Positions 42,945 to 54,577 of a stretch of DNA of 64,000 bases are shown piece after piece. Made by a program: the position numbers and the translations under genes. Under the pieces are notes generated by a model. The model had not been told where the DNA came from, made no database searches, and saw only the letters and a list, made by a program, of their open reading frames with translations. Origin of the DNA: Escherichia coli (GTDB lineage Bacteria > Pseudomonadota > Gammaproteobacteria > Enterobacterales > Enterobacteriaceae). The stretch lies in assembly GCF_001677475.2 (NCBI RefSeq), contig NZ_CP015229.1, one strand, 5' to 3'. Every line of letters starts with the position of its first letter. The stretch's first letter is position 1.

Positions 42945-44354
42945 TCACTCCATCCCCAGCTCTTTTAACTTCCGCGTCAGAGTGTTACGCCCCCAGCCGA
43001 GTAGCCGCGCCGCTTCCTGTTTATGTCCTTGCGTATATCGCAACGCGGTCGTCAGTAACGTCCGCTCCAGCTCAGGCTGCGCTTCGGAAAGCAGATTTTG
43101 ATGACCGGAACGCAGCGCCCTGTCTGCCCACTGCGCTAACAGCGTCGCCCAACTGTCCGGTTGCATTTGCGAAGTACTCTCCGCAACCGTTGATTCAAAC
43201 AGTTCACCGGGCAAATCCTGAATCAACACTTCCTGCCCGGCGGCCATCACCGTTAGCCAGCGGCAGGTGTTTTCCAGCTGGCGCACGTTGCCTGGCCACG
43301 CCAGACGCGTCAGAGCAGCTTCGGTTTCCGGATGCAGCAACTTCGCTTCTACGCCCAGTTCACGCGCGGCAACCTGTAAAAAATGGCGCGCCAGACGGGG
43401 AATATCTTCCCGACGTTCGCGCAGCGGCGGCAGATGAACGCGGATAACGTTCAGGCGGTGGAACAGATCCTCACGGAACTTGCCTTCCTGCACCCGCTGT
43501 TCAAGATTCTGGTGAGTGGCAGCGATAATCCGCACATCTACTTTCACCGGCGCATAGCCGCCAACGCGATAAAACTGACCATCTGCCAGTACGCGCAGCA
43601 AACGCGTCTGCACATCCAGCGGCATATCGCCAATTTCATCGAGGAATAATGTACCGCCATCAGCCTGTTCAAAACGCCCCTGACGAATGGTATTCGCGCC
43701 GGTAAACGCGCCTTTCTCGTGGCCAAACAGTTCTGATTCGATCAAATCTTTTGGGATAGCTGCCATATTCAGCGCGATAAACGGCGCTTTGGCGCGCGGA
43801 CTGTGGCGATGCAGGGCATGAGCGACCAGTTCTTTACCGGTACCGGATTCGCCGTTAATCAGCACGCTAATAGAAGAACGCGAAAGCCGACCGATAATAC
43901 GGAACACGTCCTGCATGGCTGGCGCTTCGCCGATGATATCGGTCGTTGGGCCGTTAAGCTGAACATTACGCGGCTGCTGCTGTTCCTGATAATGGCTGAT
44001 GGCGCGCTCAACCAGCGCCACGGCTTCGTCGATATCAAACGGTTTGGGCAGATAATCAAACGCCCCTTGTTGATAGGCGCTGACGGCAGCATCCAGATCG
44101 GAATGTGCGGTCATGATGATGACCGGAAGCATCGGATGGCGCTGTTTAATCTGCTTGAGCAGTGCCAGTCCGTCCATTCCCGGCATACGGATATCTGAAA
44201 GCAGCACATCCGGCGTTTTGCTCGCCAGCGCCTCCAGTACCTCCGCGCCGTTCTCAAATGTCGTACAGGTTAAACCCGCTCCAGCGAGCGCACGTTCAAG
44301 CACCCAACGGATGGAACTATCGTCATCGACTACCCAGACTATCCCTCGTTGCAT
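42945..44354 (-). CDS. glnG: Nitrogen regulation response regulator NtrC
   Basis: Start at [23 protein letters not shown] (469 aa); sigma54-activator AAA+ domain (GESGTGKE). Confidence 0.97.
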   Translation of the reverse strand: MQRGIVWVVDDDSSIRWVLERALAGAGLTCTTFENGAEVLEALASKTPDVLLSDIRMPGMDGLALLKQIKQRHPMLPVIIMTAHSDLDAAVSAYQQGAFDYLPKPFDIDEAVALVERAISHYQEQQQPRNVQLNGPTTDIIGEAPAMQDVFRIIGRLSRSSISVLINGESGTGKELVAHALHRHSPRAKAPFIALNMAAIPKDLIESELFGHEKGAFTGANTIRQGRFEQADGGTLFLDEIGDMPLDVQTRLLRVLADGQFYRVGGYAPVKVDVRIIAATHQNLEQRVQEGKFREDLFHRLNVIRVHLPPLRERREDIPRLARHFLQVAARELGVEAKLLHPETEAALTRLAWPGNVRQLENTCRWLTVMAAGQEVLIQDLPGELFESTVAESTSQMQPDSWATLLAQWADRALRSGHQNLLSEAQPELERTLLTTALRYTQGHKQEAARLLGWGRNTLTRKLKELGME

Positions 44355-44365
44355 AAACGTCACCT

Positions 44366-45415
44366 TTATTTCCTGATAGGCAGGTAAACCGAGAACTCGG
44401 TATGCCCTGGCCAACTGGTAAATTCAATTTTGCCTGAATGCTGATCAATCAAATTACGAGCGATGGATAAGCCAAGCCCGGTGCCACCTTCGCGGCCGCT
44501 GACCATCGGGTAAAACAGCGTATCCTGCAAATGAGGCGGAATGCCCGGCCCGTTATCTTCCACATCAATCCGCGCCGCCAGCCGGTAGCGCTCGCCGTGT
44601 AAGGTCAGTTGAAACGCGGTGCGGGTACGCAGAATGATTTCACCGCCTTCCGGCCCCAGCGCCTGTAGCGCATTGCGCACAATATTCAGGAGCACTTGCT
44701 CAATTTGATCCGGGTCGTGCGCCAGTTCCGGCAGGCTGGGGTCGTAATCACGAATCAACCGCACGTTGTCCGGCAGTTCCATCGACACCAGCGTCACCAC
44801 ACGTTCAGCCACTTTATGAATACTTTCGGTAACGCGCGTACCGGGCAGCTGCGGCCCCAACAGACGGTCGACCAGATTTCGCAGCCGGTCCGCCTGTTCG
44901 ATAATCACTTTGGTATATTCGAGTAGTGACGGGTCAGGTAATGCTTTGCTGAGTAGCTGCGCCGCGCCCCGTAAACCGCCAAGCGGATTTTTAATCTCAT
45001 GTGCCAGGCCGCGCACTAAATCACGGGCAGCAACCTGCTGGGCGTGCTGTAGCTGTTCCTGACTTAAGCGGCGCTGGTTATCCATCGGTGCCATCTCCAG
45101 CAGGATCATGCCGTCCGGCATACGCTGGGCCGTCACAGAAAGGATATGCGAACGCCCGTCGATGACCAGCGTCACTTCGTTATCGGTAAAACCTTGCCCC
45201 GCCTCCAGACTTTCTTGCATCAGCTCGATATTTAATGAGAAGTAGCTCAACAGTTCCGGTAACGGCGTACCAAACAATTTGCGGGAGCTTTGGGCGAGCA
45301 GTTGTTGCGCGGCGGGGTTGGCGTAATGGATCGCCAGGTTGTCATCGATTAACAAAATACTGTTAATCAGCGAGTTGAGGATCTGCCCAGCATCGGGCTG
45401 CGTGCCTGTTGCCAT
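44366..45415 (-). CDS. glnL: Nitrogen regulation sensor kinase NtrB
   Basis: 349 aa; histidine kinase H box (HEIKNPL). Confidence 0.97.
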
Positions 45416-45436
45416 AAAGCAGTCTCCTGAACAGGT

Positions 45437-45453
45437 TGCACCATTTTAGTGCA
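45437..45453. promoter_or_regulatory. NtrC-binding palindrome at the glnL promoter
   Basis: tgcaccattttagtgca. Confidence 0.8.
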
Positions 45454-45503
45454 TTATAGCTTTTTACGGATAAAAAGCGCGAAGCATCAGAGAATTGACG
45501 GAG

Positions 45504-45733
45504 AAAAAAGCCCATGCAGAGATGGGCTGAAATTTCCACGGCAACTAAAAACCAGTCCCATCAGGCTATTTTATTTGCCATTTTGAACCTGGGCAGTGCT
45601 CGAACTCCTCACGTACCAGTGTACGCTCCGGGTTCTGCGCGCTGTCCGTGTTCAAACTGGCTGCAACAATTACGCCAGATGGGCCTGGTTTGAACCTCCG
45701 GCGTTGTTGCGCCGGGTAGTACAACTTCAACTA
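45504..45733 (-). ncRNA. glnA 3' UTR, candidate GlnZ-type 3'-derived sRNA
   Basis: Minus-strand terminator (agcccatctctgcatgggct plus T run, plus coordinates 45504-45529) lies about 200 nt beyond the glnA stop. Confidence 0.5.
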
Positions 45734-47143
45734 TTAGACGCTGTAGTACAGCTCAAACTCTACCGGATGCGGAGTCATACGCACGCGGTCATCTTCTTCG
45801 CGACGCAGAGCGATGTACGCATCGATCGCTTCATCCGTGAACACGCCACCGGCTTTCAGGAACTCGCGATCCAGATCCAGTTCGTTCAGTGCTTCTTCCA
45901 GAGAGCCTGCAACCTGTGGGATCTCTTTCGCTTCTTCTGGCGGCAGGTCATACAGGTTTTTGTCCATGGCTTCGCCCGGATGGATCTTGTTCTTGATACC
46001 ATCAAGACCGGCCATCAGCAGGGCAGCAAAGCACAGGTACGGGTTAGCCGCCGGGTCCGGGAAACGTACTTCGATACGACGTGCTTTCGGAGAAGAAACC
46101 ACCGGAATACGGATAGACGCAGAACGGTTACGCGCAGAGTAAGCCAGCATTACCGGTGCTTCGTAGCCCGGGACCAGACGCTTGTAAGAGTTGGTGGTCG
46201 GGTTTGCCAGGGCGTTAATCGCTTTAGCGTGTTTGATTACGCCGCCAATGTAGTACAGCGCCTGCTCAGACAGACCTGCGTATTTATCGCCCGCGAACAG
46301 GTTAACGCCGTTTTTAGACAGTGACATGTGGCAGTGCATACCGGAGCCGTTATCACCGAACATCGGTTTTGGCATAAAGGTCGCAGTTTTACCGAAGCGG
46401 TGCGCTACGTTGTGCACAACATATTTGTAGATCTGAATTTCGTCAGCTTTTTTGGTCATGGTATTGAAGCGGGTAGCCACTTCGTTCTGACCAGCAGTCG
46501 CTACTTCGTGGTGATGGGCTTCAACCACCAGACCCATCTGTTCCATCACCAGACACATTTCAGAACGAATATCCTGAGCAGAGTCTACCGGTGGAACCGG
46601 GAAGTAACCGCCTTTCACTGCCGGACGGTGACCTTTGTTACCACCTTCGTATTGGGTGGAGGAGTTCCATGCGCCTTCGATATCGTCGATAGCAACGTGG
46701 GAACCGGAGATAGATGATCCGAAACGGATGTCATCGAACAGGAAGAATTCAGGTTCTGGCCCGAACAGTACGGTGTCGGCAATGCCAGTGGAACGCAGGT
46801 AATCTTCGGCGCGCTTCGCAATAGAGCGCGGGTCACGGTCATAGCCTTGCAGGGTGCCAGGTTCAAGGATGTCGCAACGGATAATCAGGGTAGAGTCGGC
46901 GAAGAACGGGTCAATCACTGCGGTGGATGCGTCTGGCATCAGCACCATGTCGGATTCGTTAATGCCTTTCCAGCCGCCAATCGAGGAGCCGTCAAACATT
47001 TTGCCTTCTTCGAAGAATTCAGCATTCACCTGATGAGCAGGGATAGTGACGTGCTGTTCTTTACCTTTGGTATCGGTGAAGCGCAAATCAACAAACTTCA
47101 CTTCGTGCTCGTTCAGCATCGTCAGTACGTGTTCAGCGGACAT
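45734..47143 (-). CDS. glnA: Glutamine synthetase
   Basis: 469 aa; [31 protein letters not shown]. Confidence 0.98.
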
Positions 47144-47226
47144 ACTTTAACTCTCCTGGATTGGTCATTGTCGTCGTGGTAACGAAATCTGCAATTATTT
47201 TGGCCGTGTCGCCGTAAAAAAGATAA

Positions 47227-47243
47227 AGCGAAAACTGTGCCAA
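47227..47243 (-). promoter_or_regulatory. sigma54 promoter glnAp2
   Basis: Minus-strand TTGGCACAGTTTTCGCT with -24 GG and -12 GC, about 85 nt upstream of the glnA ATG. Confidence 0.85.
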
Positions 47244-47296
47244 CTTTTAAATTGCCCCTAAAAGGCGTTATCATGCTTAACATCGTGCAAAAGGGC

Positions 47297-47364
47297 TGCA
47301 CCATGATGTGAATGTTGCACCAATATAGTGCTTCAATGGAAACATTAAGCACCATATTGGTGCA
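47297..47364. promoter_or_regulatory. NtrC enhancer sites upstream of glnAp2
   Basis: tgcaccatgatgtg (47297-47310), tgcaccaatatagtgct (47316-47332) and gcaccatattggtgca (47349-47364), roughly 110 and 140 bp from the promoter. Confidence 0.8.
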
Positions 47365-47515
47365 ATGACCTTTGGATAACCCTTTTTATGCTCCGTGAAA
47401 GCGATCACAAAGGGACTCTGCAATACTTGTTTGCGGAGGATGTTTGTGATCCTGTTTTGTAGTGCGATTAATCCGTGTACAATAACGCGCTATTTCTAAT
47501 GCCTGAGGCAAAGTT

Positions 47516-49339
47516 GTGATCGAAAAATTGCGTAATATCGCCATCATCGCGCACGTAGACCATGGTAAAACCACCCTGGTAGACAAGCTGCTCCAACAAT
47601 CCGGTACGTTCGACTCTCGTGCCGAAACCCAAGAGCGCGTGATGGACTCCAACGATTTGGAGAAAGAGCGTGGGATTACCATCCTCGCGAAAAACACCGC
47701 TATCAAATGGAATGATTACCGTATCAACATCGTTGATACCCCGGGGCACGCCGACTTCGGTGGTGAAGTTGAACGTGTAATGTCCATGGTAGACTCAGTG
47801 CTGCTGGTGGTTGACGCATTTGACGGCCCGATGCCGCAAACGCGCTTCGTAACCAAAAAAGCGTTTGCTTACGGCCTGAAGCCGATTGTTGTTATCAACA
47901 AAGTTGACCGCCCTGGCGCGCGTCCTGACTGGGTTGTGGATCAGGTATTCGATCTGTTCGTTAACCTCGACGCGACCGACGAGCAGCTGGACTTCCCGAT
48001 CGTTTACGCTTCTGCGCTGAACGGTATCGCGGGTCTGGACCACGAAGATATGGCGGAAGACATGACTCCGCTGTATCAGGCGATTGTTGACCACGTTCCT
48101 GCGCCGGACGTTGACCTTGACGGTCCGTTCCAGATGCAGATTTCTCAGCTCGATTACAACAGCTATGTTGGCGTTATCGGCATTGGCCGCATCAAGCGCG
48201 GTAAAGTGAAGCCGAACCAGCAGGTTACTATCATCGATAGCGAAGGCAAAACCCGCAACGCGAAAGTCGGTAAAGTGCTGGGCCACCTCGGTCTGGAACG
48301 TATCGAAACTGATCTGGCGGAAGCTGGCGATATCGTTGCGATCACGGGCCTTGGCGAACTGAACATTTCTGACACCGTTTGCGACACGCAAAACGTTGAA
48401 GCGCTGCCGGCACTCTCCGTTGATGAGCCGACCGTTTCTATGTTCTTCTGCGTTAACACCTCACCGTTCTGCGGTAAAGAAGGTAAGTTCGTAACGTCTC
48501 GTCAGATCCTGGATCGTCTGAACAAAGAACTGGTACACAACGTTGCGCTGCGCGTAGAAGAAACCGAAGACGCCGATGCGTTCCGCGTTTCTGGTCGTGG
48601 CGAACTGCACCTGTCTGTTCTGATCGAAAACATGCGTCGTGAAGGTTTCGAACTGGCGGTATCCCGTCCGAAAGTTATCTTCCGTGAAATCGACGGTCGT
48701 AAACAAGAGCCGTATGAAAACGTGACTCTGGACGTTGAAGAACAGCATCAGGGTTCTGTAATGCAGGCGCTGGGCGAACGTAAAGGCGACCTGAAAAACA
48801 TGAATCCAGACGGTAAAGGCCGCGTACGTCTCGACTACGTGATCCCAAGCCGTGGTCTGATTGGCTTCCGTTCTGAGTTCATGACCATGACTTCCGGTAC
48901 TGGTCTGCTGTACTCCACCTTCAGCCACTACGACGACGTACGTCCGGGTGAAGTGGGTCAGCGTCAGAACGGCGTACTGATCTCTAACGGTCAGGGTAAA
49001 GCGGTCGCGTTCGCGCTGTTCGGTCTGCAGGATCGCGGTAAGCTGTTCCTCGGTCACGGTGCAGAAGTTTACGAAGGTCAGATTATCGGTATTCATAGCC
49101 GCTCTAACGACCTGACTGTAAACTGCCTGACCGGTAAGAAACTGACCAACATGCGTGCTTCCGGTACTGACGAAGCCGTTGTTCTGGTTCCGCCTATCCG
49201 CATGACTCTGGAACAAGCTCTGGAGTTCATCGATGATGACGAACTGGTAGAAGTGACTCCGACCTCTATCCGTATTCGTAAACGTCACCTGACGGAAAAT
49301 GATCGTCGTCGCGCTAACCGCGCACCGAAAGACGATTAA
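47516..49339 (+). CDS. typA: Ribosome-associated translational GTPase TypA/BipA
   Basis: GTG start; [17 protein letters not shown]1 motif; 607 aa. Confidence 0.97.
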   Translation: MIEKLRNIAIIAHVDHGKTTLVDKLLQQSGTFDSRAETQERVMDSNDLEKERGITILAKNTAIKWNDYRINIVDTPGHADFGGEVERVMSMVDSVLLVVDAFDGPMPQTRFVTKKAFAYGLKPIVVINKVDRPGARPDWVVDQVFDLFVNLDATDEQLDFPIVYASALNGIAGLDHEDMAEDMTPLYQAIVDHVPAPDVDLDGPFQMQISQLDYNSYVGVIGIGRIKRGKVKPNQQVTIIDSEGKTRNAKVGKVLGHLGLERIETDLAEAGDIVAITGLGELNISDTVCDTQNVEALPALSVDEPTVSMFFCVNTSPFCGKEGKFVTSRQILDRLNKELVHNVALRVEETEDADAFRVSGRGELHLSVLIENMRREGFELAVSRPKVIFREIDGRKQEPYENVTLDVEEQHQGSVMQALGERKGDLKNMNPDGKGRVRLDYVIPSRGLIGFRSEFMTMTSGTGLLYSTFSHYDDVRPGEVGQRQNGVLISNGQGKAVAFALFGLQDRGKLFLGHGAEVYEGQIIGIHSRSNDLTVNCLTGKKLTNMRASGTDEAVVLVPPIRMTLEQALEFIDDDELVEVTPTSIRIRKRHLTENDRRRANRAPKDD

Positions 49340-49356
49340 TTTCGTTTTTTAGCCAT

Positions 49357-49389
49357 AAAAAACCTGCCAGCGATGGCAGGTTTTTTTTT
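49357..49389 (+). terminator. Intrinsic terminator after typA
   Basis: cctgccagcgatggcagg hairpin followed by nine T. Confidence 0.85.
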
Positions 49390-49555
49390 ACCTGTCGTGA
49401 GCGCACACCAATGCGAGTATCTCCCTTATAAGTCTGTGATTACGTCAATAGAGAGCTTTGTCACAATTATCTGCAAAGTCATACGCCGTTAATTGCTTTC
49501 TTTTTTGGCGTAAGCGTAAGATGCTTCATCTGGTTTAAACCAAAAGGATTAAACA

Positions 49556-50266
49556 ATGGCGGAGAATCAATCCACCGTAGAAAATGCAAAAGAGAAACTG
49601 GATCGGTGGTTGAAAGATGGCATCACCACGCCGGGTGGAAAACTCCCTTCAGAAAGAGAGCTGGGAGAACTGCTGGGCATTAAACGTATGACGCTGCGCC
49701 AGGCGTTGTTGAACCTCGAGGCAGAATCCAAAATCTTCCGTAAAGATCGTAAGGGGTGGTTCGTGACCCAGCCGCGATTTAATTACAGTCCGGAGCTGTC
49801 GGCGAGCTTTCAGCGGGCCGCAATTGAGCAAGGGCGAGAGCCTTCCTGGGGGTTTACCGAGAAAAACCGTACCAGCGATATTCCCGAGACGCTCGCGCCA
49901 CTGATTGCAGTGACGCCATCAACTGAACTCTATCGCATCACCGGCTGGGGGGCGCTGGAAGGACATAAAGTTTTCTATCACGAAACATATATTAATCCTG
50001 AAGTTGCTCCGGGTTTTATTGAACAACTTGAAAACCACTCATTTTCTGCAGTCTGGGAAAAGTGCTACCAAAAAGAGACGGTAGTAAAAAAATTGATTTT
50101 CAAACCCGTCAGAATGCCGGGCGATATCAGCAAGTATCTTGGCGGTTCTGCGGGTATGCCTGCGATCTTAATTGAAAAGCATCGCGCCGACCAGCAAGGC
50201 AATATTGTCCAGATAGATATTGAATATTGGCGATTTGAGGCCGTAGACCTCATCATTAATCTGTAG
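49556..50266 (+). CDS. yihL: Putative GntR-type transcriptional regulator YihL
   Basis: 236 aa; N-terminal HTH (LPSERELGELLGIKRMTLRQAL). Confidence 0.8.
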   Translation: MAENQSTVENAKEKLDRWLKDGITTPGGKLPSERELGELLGIKRMTLRQALLNLEAESKIFRKDRKGWFVTQPRFNYSPELSASFQRAAIEQGREPSWGFTEKNRTSDIPETLAPLIAVTPSTELYRITGWGALEGHKVFYHETYINPEVAPGFIEQLENHSFSAVWEKCYQKETVVKKLIFKPVRMPGDISKYLGGSAGMPAILIEKHRADQQGNIVQIDIEYWRFEAVDLIINL

Positions 50267-50273
50267 GTGTTTT

Positions 50274-51254
50274 ATGGTGACAATAAATAACGCAAGAAAG
50301 ATTCTACAACGTGTCGACACTCTTCCTCTTTATTTACATGCTTATGCCTTTCATTTAAATATGCGGCTGGAAAGAGTGTTGCCTGCTGATTTACTTGATA
50401 TCGCAAGTGAAAATAATCTACGTGGCGTCAAAATCCATGTTCTGGATGGCGAGCGTTTTTCTCTTGGTAATATGGACGATAAAGAACTCTCTGCCTTTGG
50501 GGATAAAGCCCGCCGTCTGAACCTTGATATTCATATTGAAACCAGTGCCTCAGATAAAAAATCTATTGACGAAGCCGTCGCCATCGCGTTGAAAACTGGG
50601 GCATCCTCCGTACGTTTTTATCCGCGTTATGAAGGTAATTTGCGCGACGTATTATCGATTATCGCTAACGACATTGCCTATGTACGGGAAACGTATCAGG
50701 ACAGCGGCCTGACTTTTACGATCGAGCAGCATGAAGATTTAAAAAGTCATGAGCTGGTGTCGCTGGTCAAAGAAAGTGAGATGGAGTCTCTTTCCTTACT
50801 GTTTGATTTTGCGAACATGATCAATGCAAATGAGCATCCCATCGACGCTTTAAAAACGATGGCACCGCATATTACCCAGGTCCATATCAAAGATGCCTTG
50901 ATCGTTAAAGAACAGGGTGGCCTGGGTCATAAAGCCTGTATTTCAGGTCAGGGGGATATGCCCTTCAAAGCGTTATTAACGCACCTTATCTGCCTGGGTG
51001 ATGATGAGCCGCAGGTGACGGCATATGGCCTGGAAGAAGAGGTTGATTATTATGCGCCGGCGTTCCGCTTTGAAGACGAAGATGATAATCCGTGGATCCC
51101 TTATCGCCAGATGAGTGAAACACCCCTACCAGAAAATCATTTACTGGATGCGCGGTTACGTAAAGAAAAAGAAGATGCAATTAATCAGATAAATCATGTG
51201 CGTAACGTACTACAACAAATCAAACAAGAGGCAAACTATCTTCTGAACCACTAA
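50274..51254 (+). CDS. yihM: Sugar phosphate isomerase/epimerase-family (TIM barrel) protein YihM
   Basis: 326 aa; conserved position. Confidence 0.8.
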   Translation: MVTINNARKILQRVDTLPLYLHAYAFHLNMRLERVLPADLLDIASENNLRGVKIHVLDGERFSLGNMDDKELSAFGDKARRLNLDIHIETSASDKKSIDEAVAIALKTGASSVRFYPRYEGNLRDVLSIIANDIAYVRETYQDSGLTFTIEQHEDLKSHELVSLVKESEMESLSLLFDFANMINANEHPIDALKTMAPHITQVHIKDALIVKEQGGLGHKACISGQGDMPFKALLTHLICLGDDEPQVTAYGLEEEVDYYAPAFRFEDEDDNPWIPYRQMSETPLPENHLLDARLRKEKEDAINQINHVRNVLQQIKQEANYLLNH

Positions 51255-51355
51255 TAAGTTTTAACTCATACGCAGTTAATAAAACCATTCCATATGAATG
51301 GTCGGTATCTTATTGCCTTTAAAACAGTGATTTTAAAAATCGCTTAGGGGATGTT

Positions 51356-52621
51356 ATGCTCACGAAAAAGAAATGGGCGTTATTTAGTCTATTAACACTG
51401 TGTGGCGGTACAATTTATAAATTACCGTCGCTGAAAGATGCGTTTTATATCCCGATGCAGGAATATTTCCATTTGACCAATGGTCAAATTGGTAATGCTA
51501 TGTCGGTAAACTCATTTGTCACCACAGTGGGCTTTTTTCTGTCTATTTATTTTGCCGATAAACTACCGCGCAGATACACCATGTCACTCTCACTCATTGC
51601 GACAGGATTACTGGGTGTTTATTTGACGACAATGCCGGGGTATTGGGGCATCCTCTTTGTCTGGGCGCTATTTGGCGTTACTTGCGACATGATGAACTGG
51701 CCGGTCTTGCTCAAGTCGGTAAGTCGATTGGGCAATAGCGAACAACAAGGTCGGTTGTTTGGCTTCTTCGAAACAGGGCGTGGCATTGTCGATACCGTGG
51801 TGGCATTTTCTGCGTTGGCAGTATTTACCTGGTTTGGCAGTGGCTTATTGGGTTTTAAAGCAGGCATCTGGTTCTATTCCCTTATTGTGATTGCCGTAGG
51901 CATTATTATTTTCTTTGTCCTGAATGACAAAGAAGAGGCACCGTCCGTTGAGGTGAAAAAAGAAGACGGAGCATCGCAAAACACCAGTATGACCTCGGTG
52001 CTGAGAGACAAAACCATCTGGCTTATCGCTTTCAACGTCTTCTTCGTTTACGCGGTTTACTGTGGCCTGACATTCTTCATTCCATTCCTGAAAAACATCT
52101 ATCTATTGCCCGTTGCGTTGGTGGGGGCTTACGGCATCATTAACCAATATTGTCTGAAAATGATTGGAGGACCGATTGGTGGCATGATTTCAGATAAGAT
52201 CCTGAAATCGCCGAGTAAATATCTATGCTACACCTTTATCATCAGTACCGCTGCGCTCGTACTGTTGATTATGCTGCCGCACGAAAGTATGCCGGTCTAT
52301 TTAGGGATGGCATGTACATTAGGCTTTGGCGCGATAGTCTTTACACAGCGAGCCGTATTTTTTGCACCTATCGGCGAAGCAAAAATTGCTGAAAATAAAA
52401 CAGGCGCGGCGATGGCGTTGGGTAGCTTTATTGGTTACGCCCCGGCGATGTTCTGCTTCAGTCTGTATGGCTACATTCTGGATTTAAATCCGGGGATTAT
52501 TGGCTACAAAATCGTGTTTGGCATTATGGCCTGCTTCGCATTCTGTGGTGCGGTGGTTTCCGTAATGCTGGTTAAGCGTATTAGCCAACGTAAGAAAGAG
52601 ATGCTGGCGGCTGAAGCTTAA
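51356..52621 (+). CDS. yihN: MFS transporter YihN
   Basis: 421 aa polytopic membrane protein. Confidence 0.85.
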   Translation: MLTKKKWALFSLLTLCGGTIYKLPSLKDAFYIPMQEYFHLTNGQIGNAMSVNSFVTTVGFFLSIYFADKLPRRYTMSLSLIATGLLGVYLTTMPGYWGILFVWALFGVTCDMMNWPVLLKSVSRLGNSEQQGRLFGFFETGRGIVDTVVAFSALAVFTWFGSGLLGFKAGIWFYSLIVIAVGIIIFFVLNDKEEAPSVEVKKEDGASQNTSMTSVLRDKTIWLIAFNVFFVYAVYCGLTFFIPFLKNIYLLPVALVGAYGIINQYCLKMIGGPIGGMISDKILKSPSKYLCYTFIISTAALVLLIMLPHESMPVYLGMACTLGFGAIVFTQRAVFFAPIGEAKIAENKTGAAMALGSFIGYAPAMFCFSLYGYILDLNPGIIGYKIVFGIMACFAFCGAVVSVMLVKRISQRKKEMLAAEA

Positions 52622-52626
52622 TTAAT

Positions 52627-52649
52627 GGCCGGATGTGCTTAATCCGGCC
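52627..52649. terminator. Hairpin between convergent yihN and the DeoR regulator gene
   Basis: ggccgga tgtgcttaa tccggcc, 7-bp stem. Confidence 0.5.
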
Positions 52650-52680
52650 AACGAAAACCGTATCAACCGAAGTTTCAATT

Positions 52681-53469
52681 TCAGGATACTTCTTGCTCAG
52701 CAACCACCAGTTCAACATTCTCTTCACTTAACAACTGGCAGAAAGAATTGGGAGGCGGGGCATCAGTAAAAAAAGCCCTGACATTCCGTGCATTGCCAAT
52801 TGAAACGGCAGCAGACGCGGCAAACTTCGTATGATCGGCCACTAACAATGTATTCCGCGCATGTTTAATCATCGTTCTTGCGACTAACGCTTCATTGACA
52901 TCAAATTCCAGTAGGGTGCCGTCATGTTCAATGGCACCTATACTGGTGATTAAATAATCTGCGCGGAAGCCTTCAATAAAATCCACGGCTCCTGGGCCGA
53001 TAATCCCGCCGTTATGAGCGCGTAAAGTGCCTCCCGGCACCATCACTTCAATATCCTGATTCTTATAAAGAATCTGTGCCACACGTAGGCTGTTAGTGAT
53101 AATGCGTAAATCACGACGGTTGAGTAATGCCCTGGCAACGGCTTCTACGGTTGTACCGATGGTGATAAAGACGGTACAGCGTTCGGGAAGGTAATCGGCG
53201 ACTGCCTCAGCGATCGCCCGTTTCTCGGCGGTGAGCGAAAGTTCCCGTTGCTCAAAAGCGGTATTCATGACGCTGGAGACGCGCCCGGCCCCTCCATGAT
53301 GACGGGTGATCAACCCCTGCTCACTGAGTTTTCGGATATCCCGGCGCACGGTTTGCGTTGAAACATCCAGCAGTTGTGCCAGTTCTTCAATATTCATATA
53401 ACCGCGTTCTGCGATTAGATGAACGAGTTGGTCATGGCGTGGATTACCTGTCACTTCGATGATACTCAT
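52681..53469 (-). CDS. DeoR-family transcriptional repressor (YihW/CsqR-like)
   Basis: 262 aa; N-terminal HTH (IEELAQLLDVSTQTVRRDIRKL) and sugar-phosphate-binding C-terminal domain; homologous but not identical to K-12 YihW as I recall it. Confidence 0.85.
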   Translation of the reverse strand: MSIIEVTGNPRHDQLVHLIAERGYMNIEELAQLLDVSTQTVRRDIRKLSEQGLITRHHGGAGRVSSVMNTAFEQRELSLTAEKRAIAEAVADYLPERCTVFITIGTTVEAVARALLNRRDLRIITNSLRVAQILYKNQDIEVMVPGGTLRAHNGGIIGPGAVDFIEGFRADYLITSIGAIEHDGTLLEFDVNEALVARTMIKHARNTLLVADHTKFAASAAVSIGNARNVRAFFTDAPPPNSFCQLLSEENVELVVAEQEVS

Positions 53470-53508
53470 GAATACTCCCTTGCCCCTCCTCGGTATATGT
53501 TTACCATT

Positions 53509-54405
53509 TTACGCATAAAGTGACAAAAATGATTCGGTTTGCTCACGATTAGGAATGCCGGCCCGACCGCCAGGCTGGGTACATTTCATCGCGGCAACCG
53601 CACTGGCAAAACGAATAGCCTCTTTTGTTGGCATTTTTTCTGCCAACGCTACCGCGAGTGCGCCGTGAAAAACATCGCCTGCTCCAGTGGTATCAACCAC
53701 ATTGACAGAAAATGCCTCCTGTTGACACAAATGATCATCTTCAATCCACAACGATCCTTCAGAACCCAGCGTAACATACACTTTACCTGCTGTTTGTGTC
53801 GTTGCCTGGAACAAACCTTCTTCAGGTGACTGCAGGCCAGTCATGCGTTTCAGCCCCGGTGTTGAGAACACGGCGTGATCGGCAAGCGCGACAAGTGGAG
53901 AAATATCCTGCGGTGTCATATCGGCGTCTAAAAGCGTTGTCACCCCCGCAAGGCGCGCTAGCGAGAATGCTTTTTCAGTACCGCTATGCCAGCGAACATC
54001 GGCCAGAATCAGATCATAACGAGAGAAATCGATCGCTTCTAACCATTCGGCATCAGTACCGAGATCGGGACTTGGATAATTAACGATAATCCGTTCGCCA
54101 TGCTGATCAACGAGGATCGCTGATTGCGACGAACGGGCGTTAGGATATCGGCGGCAAAATGCGGTATTGACGCCCCAACCCTCAAGTTCTGCAAGTAAGG
54201 TATTTCCACAACTGTCATCGCCGACGCGACCGATGAAATCAACCTCCACGCCAAGCTTTGCGATTGCAACAGCGGCTGTTGCTGCCGGGCCGCCACCAAT
54301 CTCAAGATAATGATTTGCCTGATATTTCCCGCCGCCATCCGGCAGAGTGAGCAAAGAATAAATCCTGTCCTGAACTGTGATACCCACGCATGCAATTTTT
54401 GTCAT
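53509..54405 (-). CDS. PfkB-family sugar kinase (YihV-like)
   Basis: Start at [16 protein letters not shown]; [11 protein letters not shown] and [12 protein letters not shown] motifs; ORF track extends to 54456. Confidence 0.85.
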   Translation of the reverse strand: MTKIACVGITVQDRIYSLLTLPDGGGKYQANHYLEIGGGPAATAAVAIAKLGVEVDFIGRVGDDSCGNTLLAELEGWGVNTAFCRRYPNARSSQSAILVDQHGERIIVNYPSPDLGTDAEWLEAIDFSRYDLILADVRWHSGTEKAFSLARLAGVTTLLDADMTPQDISPLVALADHAVFSTPGLKRMTGLQSPEEGLFQATTQTAGKVYVTLGSEGSLWIEDDHLCQQEAFSVNVVDTTGAGDVFHGALAVALAEKMPTKEAIRFASAVAAMKCTQPGGRAGIPNREQTESFLSLYA

Positions 54406-54577
54406 ATTTGTCTTGTCCTGTTTAATTTTGTCGTCTTTGGTCAATTTAAATGACACAAATGATCAAATTAGTGATGTGTGTCGTGTTTTTGAACATAAAT
54501 TACAAATATGCTCAAAAACAGACGAAAACGAATTTTCAATTGTCATTATTTTGTCAATGTCAGACAGGAGAGTATTC

